Shown here one piece after another: positions 16,673 through 24,262 of a DNA stretch of 24,320 bases. The notes beneath the pieces are model-generated. The model saw only the letters and a list, made by a program, of their open reading frames with translations. It had not been told where the DNA came from and did no database searches. The position numbers and the translations under genes were made by a program. How positions within the stretch are numbered: the first letter of the stretch is position 1; every line of letters begins with the position of its first letter. The stretch is from an uncultured Atopobiaceae bacterium. GTDB lineage: Bacteria; Actinomycetota; Coriobacteriia; Coriobacteriales; Atopobiaceae. The stretch covers positions 3,276 to 27,595 of the forward strand of contig CAJOGH010000007.1 in NCBI GenBank assembly GCA_905233865.1, given 5' to 3'.

Positions 16673-17101
16673 ATGGCCGAGAAGAAGGTCGTCAACTTCA
16701 TCAAGCTCCAGATCCCCGCCGGTCAGGCCAACCCCGCGCCTCCCGTCGGCCCCGCCCTTGGTGCCGCCCAGGTCAACATCATGCAGTTCTGCCAGGCGTT
16801 CAACGCTGCCACGCAGGACAAGGCCGGCGACATCATCCCCGTCGAGATCACCGTCTACGAGGACCGCTCGTTCGACTTCATCACCAAGACCCCTCCCGCG
16901 GCTGAGCTGATCAAGAAGGAGCTCAAGCTCAAGGGTGGTTCCGGCGTTCCCCAGCGCGACAAGGTCGGGCAGCTCACCGACGAGCAGCTCACCAAGATCG
17001 CCGAGATCAAGATGCCGGACCTCAACGCTAACGACATCGACGCCGCCAAGAAGATCGTGGCCGGCACCGCCCGCTCCATGGGCGTGACGATCGCCGAGTA
17101 A
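16673..17101 (+). CDS. rplK: 50S ribosomal protein L11
   Basis: [36 protein letters not shown] and GTARSMG. Confidence 0.98.
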   Translation: MAEKKVVNFIKLQIPAGQANPAPPVGPALGAAQVNIMQFCQAFNAATQDKAGDIIPVEITVYEDRSFDFITKTPPAAELIKKELKLKGGSGVPQRDKVGQLTDEQLTKIAEIKMPDLNANDIDAAKKIVAGTARSMGVTIAE

Positions 17102-17140
17102 CTTTGCAATCTGGGCGAGATACGCTCGCCTGAGATAGAC

Positions 17141-17168
17141 GTGGGAGGGCCGCCAGCCCGTTGACCAC
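17141..17168 (+). promoter_or_regulatory. Putative L1-binding autoregulatory RNA element upstream of rplA
   Basis: GUGG-GAG-GGC-(loop)-GCC-CGUUGA-CCAC forms two short helices around an asymmetric purine-rich internal loop, immediately before the rplA RBS. It resembles known L1 mRNA targets that mimic the 23S rRNA L1 site. Confidence 0.6.
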
Positions 17169-17184
17169 AAAAGGAGAGATAGAA

Positions 17185-17886
17185 ATGGCTAAGCACGGTA
17201 AGAAGTACAACGCCGCTGCCGAGAAGGTCGCGGACAAGCTCTATGAGCCCAAGGAGGCCATGGCTCTGGTCAAGGACCTCGCCAGCGCCAAGTTCGACGA
17301 GACCGTCGAGGTCTCCATCCGCTTGGGTGTCGACACCCGTAAGGCCGATCAGAACGTCCGTGGCTCCATCTCGCTGCCCCACGGCACCGGCAAGACCGTC
17401 CGCGTCGCCGTCTTTGCCGAGGGTGAGCAGGCCCGCGAGGCCGAGGCTGCTGGCGCCGACGTCATCGGCTCCGACGATCTCGTTGCTGCCATCCAGGGTG
17501 GCACCATCGACTTTGACGCCGCCATCGCGACGCCCCCGATGATGGCCAAGGTCGGCCGCATCGGTAAGATCCTTGGCCCCCGTGGCCTCATGCCCAACCC
17601 CAAGCTGGGTACCGTGACCATGGACGTCGCCAAGATGGTCACCGAGCTCAAGAGCGGCCGCGTGGAGTACCGCGCCGACCGTTACGGCATCTGCCACGTG
17701 CCCGTGGGCAAGGCCTCCTTCGAGTCCGCCCAGCTGACCGAGAACTACGCCGCCCTGATCGCCGAGATCATCCGCGTCAAGCCCTCCTCGGCCAAGGGCC
17801 GCTACGTCAAGAGCGTCAGCGTTTCCACCACCATGGGCCCTGGCATCAAGATCGACCCGACCAAGGTCCGCAACCTGACCGACTAG
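17185..17886 (+). CDS. rplA: 50S ribosomal protein L1
   Basis: [43 protein letters not shown] and STTMGPG; RBS AAGGAG. Confidence 0.98.
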   Translation: MAKHGKKYNAAAEKVADKLYEPKEAMALVKDLASAKFDETVEVSIRLGVDTRKADQNVRGSISLPHGTGKTVRVAVFAEGEQAREAEAAGADVIGSDDLVAAIQGGTIDFDAAIATPPMMAKVGRIGKILGPRGLMPNPKLGTVTMDVAKMVTELKSGRVEYRADRYGICHVPVGKASFESAQLTENYAALIAEIIRVKPSSAKGRYVKSVSVSTTMGPGIKIDPTKVRNLTD

Positions 17887-17911
17887 TCGCACTTGCGCAT
17901 AGCTAGCATCT

Positions 17912-17941
17912 GGGGCGCCCTCGCATGGGCGCCCCTTTTTT
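17912..17941 (+). terminator. Rho-independent terminator after rplA
   Basis: GGGGCGCCC-TCGCAT-GGGCGCCCC followed by T6. Confidence 0.88.
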
Positions 17942-17945
17942 GTCT

Positions 17946-18230
17946 GGCGATAAGAGCTTTCGCTCCGGCACGCCTGCTGATGGCGCCCGGCCCATGTGTC
18001 TGGCTTCGGCGAGCCTATCGATAGCGCCCCTGGGCATGTCGCGCGGGAGCGTTCGGCACCCGATGGTCTCGACGCGATCGGCTGGCTCGCCGCATTCGCC
18101 TTGTGCGCTGGCGCGCCAAGGCGAATACCTCGCCACCCGCCGACCGCGTCGAGACCATCTGCCTCACCGGGCTCCCACACGACATGCCCAGAGGGCGCCG
18201 TGGATGGGCGCGCACTACGCTCTTGTCGGC
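17946..18230. repeat. Nested palindromic element: 12-bp outer inverted ends enclosing a ~175-bp hairpin
   Basis: Outer ends are GGCGATAAGAGC (17946) and GCTCTTGTCGGC (18219). Inner arms 18024-18103 and 18117-18198 pair in three long blocks. Confidence 0.85.
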
Positions 18231-18266
18231 CTTTTGTGATGCCTTCGCGCAGGCGTGCTCTCGCGC

Positions 18267-18295
18267 TTGACGTGCCCTGGCGCCTACGGCACAAT
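18267..18295 (+). promoter_or_regulatory. Promoter candidate for rplJL
   Basis: TTGACG-17 bp-CACAAT upstream of the L10 leader. Confidence 0.6.
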
Positions 18296-18344
18296 ACTTG
18301 AGGTTGCCCGCACGTTGGGCAATCGCGTGTCAACCGCACGTCCG

Positions 18345-18458
18345 CTGCCAGAGACAGCCGGTGCCCTCACGGGCTTAATGGGATTTCCCGCCTGCCGAGG
18401 TGGTCTTAAGAGTGAACCTCTAGGCCCCGCTGGTAGTCCCGGTGGGGCCTTTGCTTTT
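18345..18458 (+). ncRNA. L10 leader (r-protein autoregulatory cis-element) followed by an attenuator-like hairpin
   Basis: AGACAGCCGG-(GCCC/GGGC hairpin)-TTAAT-(GGGA/TCCC hairpin)-GCCTGCCGAGG matches the L10-leader pattern AGAC..GG...TTAA...CC.GCCGAGG. A hairpin AGGCCCCGCTGG...CCGGTGGGGCCT with TTGCTTTT follows at 18422-18458. Confidence 0.8.
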
Positions 18459-18518
18459 GCGATGGGCCCGCCACATGTGGCGAGCGTGCCCGAGTCGCAA
18501 AAGAAGGAGGTGTAACAC

Positions 18519-19040
18519 ATGCCCGCACAGTCCAAGATCGACATGCTGCAGAAGGTCTCTGAGTCCATCGAGAGCAGCAAGGGCGTCTTCGTGATCGACT
18601 ACCGCGGCCTTTCCGTCAAGGAGGCTCAGGAGCTGCGTCGCGAGCTTACCGCTAACAACGCCCATATGAAGGTCTACAAGAACAACATCGTCAAGATCGC
18701 GCTCGAGAAGGCTGGCCTGCCCACCCTGGACGACGTCCTGGTCGGCACCTGCGCCTGCGTCTTCTACGACAACGATCCTGTTGATGCTGCCAAGGTCATC
18801 AAGGAGACCGCCAAGAAGCTCGAGAAGCTCGAGTTCCTGGGCGGCATCGCCGACGGCAAGGCCGTCGACGCTCAGGAGGCCCAGGCCATCGCAGACCTGC
18901 CTTCTCGCGAGGAGCTCATCGCCAAGTTCGTTGGCTCCATCAGCAACCCCCTCAACGGTATCGTTCGCGTCTGCAACGGTCCCGCCCAGGGTCTGGTCAC
19001 CGCGCTTCACGCCGTGGAGGACCAGAAGAACGCTGCCTAA
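18519..19040 (+). CDS. rplJ: 50S ribosomal protein L10
   Basis: DYRGLSVKEAQELRREL, KVYKNNIV and IADLPSREELIA; RBS AAGGAGG. Confidence 0.97.
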   Translation: MPAQSKIDMLQKVSESIESSKGVFVIDYRGLSVKEAQELRRELTANNAHMKVYKNNIVKIALEKAGLPTLDDVLVGTCACVFYDNDPVDAAKVIKETAKKLEKLEFLGGIADGKAVDAQEAQAIADLPSREELIAKFVGSISNPLNGIVRVCNGPAQGLVTALHAVEDQKNAA

Positions 19041-19112
19041 CACAGGCACGCGCCGCATAGTAAACCTGAGGTCCGCCAAAGAGGCGAGACCGGATACAAA
19101 GGAGAAAGACAC

Positions 19113-19490
19113 ATGGCTGTCACCAAGGATGAGATCATCGAGGCCCTCAAGGAAATGCCCGCGCTCGAGCTTGCCGACCTGGTTCACGAGCTGGAGGACG
19201 TCTTCGGCGTCTCCGCTGCTGCCCCCGTTGCCGTCGCTGCTGCCCCCGCCGCTGGTGGCGAGGCTGCCGCTGAGGCCAAGGACAACTTCGACGTCGTCCT
19301 CGAGGGCTTCGGCGACAACAAGCTCCAGGTCGTCAAGGCCGTCAAGGAGCTCTCTGGCCTGGGCCTGAAGGAGGCCAAGGACCTCGTCGAGAACGTCCCC
19401 TCCACCATCCTCGAGGGTGCCAAGACCGACGACGCCAACGCTGCCAAGGAGAAGCTCGAGGCCGCCGGCGCTGCCGTCACCCTCAAGTAG
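19113..19490 (+). CDS. rplL: 50S ribosomal protein L7/L12
   Basis: LELADLVHELEDVFGVSAAAPVA, KLQVVKAVKELSGLGLKEAKDLVE and KLEAAGAAVTLK. Confidence 0.98.
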   Translation: MAVTKDEIIEALKEMPALELADLVHELEDVFGVSAAAPVAVAAAPAAGGEAAAEAKDNFDVVLEGFGDNKLQVVKAVKELSGLGLKEAKDLVENVPSTILEGAKTDDANAAKEKLEAAGAAVTLK

Positions 19491-19528
19491 TTCCTGCCCT
19501 CTAGGGCATAGCCGCATAGGCGCTACTG

Positions 19529-19557
19529 AGCCGGGTCCGTATGGGCCCGGCTTTTTT
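19529..19557 (+). terminator. Rho-independent terminator after rplL
   Basis: AGCCGGGTCC-GTAT-GGGCCCGGCT followed by a T run. Confidence 0.9.
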
Positions 19558-19584
19558 GGCTGTCTAGGTAGGCTCATGTAGACT
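19556..19584 (+). promoter_or_regulatory. Promoter candidate for the dipeptidase gene
   Basis: TTGGCT-17 bp-TAGACT, with the -35 overlapping the U-tract of the rplL terminator. Confidence 0.45.
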
Positions 19585-19624
19585 AACCAGTGCACACGTC
19601 ATCTCACATGAGAGGAGCCACGCC

Positions 19625-21104
19625 GTGGCCTGCACCACCATACTCGTCGGCAAGGGCGCGTCCTATGACGGGTCGACGATTGTCGCCCGCAACGAGGACT
19701 CGCAGTCGGGCGTCTTTACGCCTAAGTACATGGACGTCGTCGAGCCTCAAGACCAGCCTCGGACCTACGTGTCCAAGGGCGGCCACCTGACCATACCTCT
19801 GCCCGACAAGCCCTTGCGCTACACGCAGATTCCCGACGCCGAGCAACCTGACGGCGTTTGGGGCGCTGCGGGCGTCAACGAGCTCAACGTTGCCATGAGC
19901 GCGACGGAGACCATTACCTCCAACGAGCGCGTGCTTGCTGCCGACCCGCTGGTGGAGTATGTGCCCGCGCGTGGCGACGAGCCGGAGCGCGCGGGTGGCA
20001 TTGGCGAGGAGGACATGGTCACCATCTGCCTGCCCTACATCACGAGCGCCCGCGATGGCGTCATGCGCATGGGCGAGTTCCTGGAGCGCTATGGCACCTA
20101 CGAGATGAACGGCATGGCGTTCCAGGACGCCGACGAGATCTGGTGGCTCGAGACCATTGGCGGCCACCACTGGATGGCCCGTCGCGTGCCTGACGACTGT
20201 TACGTGACCATGCCCAACCAACTCGGCATCGACGCGTTCGACTTTGCCGATGCCGCTGGCGAGGGCCGTGAGTTCCTGTGCAGTGCTGACCTCGAGGACT
20301 TCGTTCGCACGAACCACCTGGACCTTGGTCTTGAAGGCGACGCCTTTGACCCGCGCGCGGCCTTTGGCAGCGCCACGCAGGCCGACCACGTGTACAACAC
20401 GCCCCGTGCCTGGTATATGCAGCGCACGCTGAACCCCTATGACGACATCTACGATGGCGAGCTCGCCACGCTGCGCCCCGACAGCGACGACATCCCGTGG
20501 TGCCGCGTGCCCGAGCGCAAGGTCACCATCCAGGACGTCAAGCAGGTCCTCTCGTCCCACTACGAGGGCACGCCCTACGACCCGTACGGCAGGACTCAGG
20601 GTGACAGCGACCGGCGGGGCATGTTCCGCCCCATTGGCATCAATCGCAACAGCCAACTGTGCATCACGCAGCTCAAGGGCGACGCACCCGAGGCCGTGCG
20701 CGCGATCCAGTGGGTGGCGTTTGGCTGCAACGTGTTCAACGTGGCCGTGCCCCTCTTTGCCAACGTGGACCGCATGCCGGACTATCTGGCCAACACGACG
20801 CGCTCGGTGAGCACGGATAGCCACTATTGGGCCGTACGGCTGGTTTCGGCCATGGCCGACGCCCACTTTGCGGACTGCGCCAACCTGATCGAGCGCTACC
20901 AGGAGGCCGCTGGCTCTGAGATGCTGCGCGAGGTGCTCGCGGCCCAGCGTGACGTTGGCGTATGCGGAGGCCTCGCCTGTGCTTGAGGAGGCGAACGACC
21001 GCGTTGCCGCCATCCTGAGGCGCCACACGGACAATCTTCTGTCCCAGGTGCTCCATACGGCCAGCATGGGCATGCGCAACGGCTTTGCCCGCTCGGACGC
21101 GTAA
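19625..21104 (+). pseudogene. Peptidase C69 family dipeptidase (PepD/PepDA-like) with a +1 frameshift near 20950-20960 (pseudogene or sequencing error)
   Basis: GTG after GAGGAG. CTTILVGKGASYDGSTIVARNED (Ntn-hydrolase Cys), VAMSATET, DADEIWWLET, YNTPRAW and RPIGINRN. The frame stops at 20986, but the family-type C-terminus (...LEEANDRVAAILRRHTDNLLSQVLHTASMGMRNGFARSDA*) continues in the +1 frame to TAA at 21104. Confidence 0.8.
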
Positions 21105-21113
21105 GGGGCGTTT

Positions 21114-23174
21114 GTGCGTTCCCTCTCTGTTTCGACCCGCGTGTGGATGTGCGCCTATGCCATCCCGCCCCTCGTGGCCCTCGTGGCCGCGCTTGCGGGC
21201 CTCCTTGCCGCCGACGCGGCCTCTGTTGCCGCGTGCGTCTTCGCGTGCGCTGTGTGCGCCCTCGTGACGTCGCGGCGCGACGCGCTGGCCGCCCTCATTC
21301 GCACGCACGCCCAGGACAATCCCGTCGCGCGTGTGGCAGGGGGCGCTCGAGACGTCGTGGCACTCTCCCTGGCGGCCGCATGCGCCTTCCTGAGCCTGGA
21401 GACCACCTACAACGCTAACGTGGGCGGCATCATGCCCGAGGGCGCGCGTATGGCCCTCTCGCTCGTCTTTGGTGCCATGCTAGCGCTCTATCTCATTGCC
21501 CAGCGCCATGGCGTGGCTGCGGTGCCCGTGGCGGTTGCTTGTCAGGTGGCAGGCTTCGTTGACTACTTCCTCGTCATGTTCAAGGGCACGGTCGTCCAGC
21601 CTGCCGACCTCCTGGCGCTCTCGACGGCGGCCTCGGTCAGTGGTGGCTATGTCTACCTGCTCAAGAGTAGCGTGTTCGTGGGCCTCTCCTTTTGCGCGCT
21701 GTCCGTGTGCGCCCTCTCGTTCGCCGGCCCCGCTGCGGCACCCGAGGGCTATCGCCGACCCGCTGGCCTTCGCGTGGCTCTTGTCGCCATAGGCGTGTGC
21801 ATCGTCGCGGCGATGGGCAACAACCTGGCCGGCCGCGAGCTGGCGGACGAGGGCTTTGCGGTTCGCTACTACTACCTGCGCGAGAGCACGGAGGAGATGG
21901 GCATCATCCCGTCGTTTGCCTCGATGGTCCAGGACCTGCGTCTCAAGCCGCCGGTGGGCTATTCGGACGAGCGTGCGGCAGAGGTGGAGCGCGACCTTGT
22001 TGGCGCCTATGACGCGCGCTGTGCAAACGACCTCGCGCGCACTGCGGCGACCGCGCAGTTCCAGGGCAAGCAGCCCGCTATCGTCGCCGTCATGAACGAG
22101 ACGTTCACGGACCTGTCCGTCTATGACGTCCTGGCCCGTCAGGGGTATGCGGGGCCGACCGGCCTCAAGTCGCTTGCCGACGGCGTCATGGAACGTGGTT
22201 GGGTCAACGTGAGCGTCTACGGGGGCAGCACCTGCAACAGCGAGTTCGAGTTCCTCACGGACGTCTCCATGGCCTATGTGGGCGGCGGCAAGAGCCCGTA
22301 TGCAATGTATGATCTCAGCCACGTTGACAACCTCGCGCGCCAGCTTGGTCGCATGGGCTACGCGACCCATGCCATGCACCCCAACCTCGCGTCCAACTGG
22401 AGCCGAGACCGAGCCTACGCGATGCTGGGCTTTGACGACTTCATCGACATCACAGGCTTCGAGTCGCCCTCGCTGTTCCATGGCGAGCCCTCGGACGCCG
22501 CCACCTACGACAAGGTCATCGAGCTGCTCGAGACGGACGAACGTCCGCAGTTCGTCTTTGACGTGACCATGCAGAACCACTCTGGGTATGACCAGGGCAA
22601 TGTCGACAAGAGCCTGCTTCCGGGCTTTGACCTCGAGGGCAGGGTCGATGACTCGGGCAACGACCTGGGTGCCATCAGTGACGAGTACGTGGCGTGCATC
22701 AACGAGTCCGACCGCGCGCTCTTGGAGTTCGTCGACCGCCTGTCGCGGCTTGACCGCCCCGTGTGCCTCGTGTTCTTTGGCGACCACCACCCGTACTTCT
22801 CGGGCGACCTCAACGATGCGTCGTTTGAGGGAGAGGATCGTGGCACGCACTTGGCGCGCCTGTATCAGACTAACTACCTGATGTGGGCAAACTACGACGT
22901 GGCGAGCAATGGGATGGACGGCGGTCCCGCCGTGGGCAACCGTGGCCTCTCCACGCTGGGTGCCGCCATGCTCGAGCGTCTGGGTGCCCCGTTGACTGAT
23001 CATCAGAAGTGTGTGCTTCAAACTTCTATGGAGCTGCCTATAATCTCTCTTATGGGGTGCGGTGAGGCCGACGGCACATGGCACAGCGCCGAGGAGGGCC
23101 CCGCCAGCTTCCCCCAGGCCTATCGTGACCTTGGCCTGGTGGAGTACAGGAACTTTGCCACCAACGTGAGCTAG
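21114..23174 (+). CDS. LtaS-like / sulfatase (alkaline phosphatase superfamily) membrane protein
   Basis: N-terminal multi-TM region, then metal/catalytic motifs IVAVMNETF, GGSTCNSEFEFLT (catalytic Thr position), HAMHP, VTMQNHSGY and VFFGDHHP. The start codon is uncertain. Confidence 0.85.
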   Translation: MRSLSVSTRVWMCAYAIPPLVALVAALAGLLAADAASVAACVFACAVCALVTSRRDALAALIRTHAQDNPVARVAGGARDVVALSLAAACAFLSLETTYNANVGGIMPEGARMALSLVFGAMLALYLIAQRHGVAAVPVAVACQVAGFVDYFLVMFKGTVVQPADLLALSTAASVSGGYVYLLKSSVFVGLSFCALSVCALSFAGPAAAPEGYRRPAGLRVALVAIGVCIVAAMGNNLAGRELADEGFAVRYYYLRESTEEMGIIPSFASMVQDLRLKPPVGYSDERAAEVERDLVGAYDARCANDLARTAATAQFQGKQPAIVAVMNETFTDLSVYDVLARQGYAGPTGLKSLADGVMERGWVNVSVYGGSTCNSEFEFLTDVSMAYVGGGKSPYAMYDLSHVDNLARQLGRMGYATHAMHPNLASNWSRDRAYAMLGFDDFIDITGFESPSLFHGEPSDAATYDKVIELLETDERPQFVFDVTMQNHSGYDQGNVDKSLLPGFDLEGRVDDSGNDLGAISDEYVACINESDRALLEFVDRLSRLDRPVCLVFFGDHHPYFSGDLNDASFEGEDRGTHLARLYQTNYLMWANYDVASNGMDGGPAVGNRGLSTLGAAMLERLGAPLTDHQKCVLQTSMELPIISLMGCGEADGTWHSAEEGPASFPQAYRDLGLVEYRNFATNVS

Positions 23175-23183
23175 GTGAGTCGC

Positions 23184-24227
23184 ATGAGCGAGCAGGAGAC
23201 AGACGAGCGGCAGGAGAGCGAGGCGTCAGAGCAGGACCGTCCGCGCAGGCGTGGTGTGAGCGCCCGCATCGCCGGCGCCGTCATGCTTGTCGTGATAGTC
23301 CTATGCGTGGGGTATGTGACCTACGTTGGCAGGTCCTTCGTGCGTGCCTGGCCGCAGGCTGTCTTGGATTCGATTTCGGGCAAGAAGGCCGAGGAGGCGA
23401 CCGCCGCCGAGGAGGCCGTCAAGAACGACGACGCCAATGCCAACGTGGAGCCCAAGGACTCGCTCGCCTCCTACAGCTGGGACGAGCTCAGGCGCATCGG
23501 CGACGAGATCGCGCACTCGGGCAGCGCCGAGGCCGCTCACGAGATTGCGGCTACCTATCACCTTGCCAATGCCGAGGGAGCCATCGACGGCTCCCAGACC
23601 AAGGAGATATCCCTCACGAACGGCAAGACCATTCACGCGCAGCTCGTGGGCGTCTACCACGACGACGCCTCGGATGGCGTGCGCAAGGCCGGTCTGACCT
23701 TTGTGACGGCCGAGCCCTTGGGCACCCATGCCGTAAACGGGAGCGGTTCCAACATCGGTGGATGGCGCGACAGCGAGCTTCGCACGTGGCTGGCAAATGA
23801 CGGCATGGCGCTGTTGCCCCAGGACCTCACCGATGTCATCAAGGAGGTCAACAAGCACACCAACAACGAGGGTTACTCAACGTCGGCCACCTGCGTGACC
23901 ACGACCGCCGACAAGCTTTGGGCGCCCAGTTGGGTCGAGTTGGCCGGGCCCATTGACCGCAACTACTTCTCGAGCGGCTACGAGTACTGCGGTGACGTTC
24001 AGAACGCCGAGGGCACGCAGTACGAGGCCTTCTCGCTCGCGGGCGTGGCGCCCTCCAGCGCCTCGGCTCAGCTGGCGCGTCCCCAGTCCGCTTCCGCTGC
24101 CTGGTGGATGCGCACGGCAGCTCCCAGCCGCCGCGACTACTTCTACTACGTGACCGCCGAGGGCAACCCCTCCGAACGCGCTGACGCGGCTGACGCTCAG
24201 GGCGTCATCGCCGGCTTCTGCCTGTAG
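23184..24227 (+). CDS. Membrane-anchored extracellular protein, DUF6273-like
   Basis: Charged N-tail and one TM segment (IAGAVMLVVIVLCVGYV), then GGWRDSELRTWL, DKLWAPSWVEL and WWMRT motifs, recalled as typical of DUF6273. Alternative GTG at 23175 abuts the upstream stop codon. Confidence 0.75.
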   Translation: MSEQETDERQESEASEQDRPRRRGVSARIAGAVMLVVIVLCVGYVTYVGRSFVRAWPQAVLDSISGKKAEEATAAEEAVKNDDANANVEPKDSLASYSWDELRRIGDEIAHSGSAEAAHEIAATYHLANAEGAIDGSQTKEISLTNGKTIHAQLVGVYHDDASDGVRKAGLTFVTAEPLGTHAVNGSGSNIGGWRDSELRTWLANDGMALLPQDLTDVIKEVNKHTNNEGYSTSATCVTTTADKLWAPSWVELAGPIDRNYFSSGYEYCGDVQNAEGTQYEAFSLAGVAPSSASAQLARPQSASAAWWMRTAAPSRRDYFYYVTAEGNPSERADAADAQGVIAGFCL

Positions 24228-24262
24228 GGGAGAGCCGCGGGCGCTGGCTCCTCCCTGCCGAC

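Noticed and set aside
17903-18339. Small ORFs in the rplA-rplJ spacer (e.g. 17925-18239, 17996-18301, 17903-18136)
   Set aside because: The mirror-image peptides on both strands (VSTRSAG / RVETI) arise from the long inverted repeat and are not evidence of coding.
20984-20986. TGA read-through or selenocysteine in the dipeptidase
   Set aside because: In-frame continuation after the TGA gives a non-family sequence (GGERPRCRHP...). The family-like tail is in the +1 frame, so a frameshift explains it.
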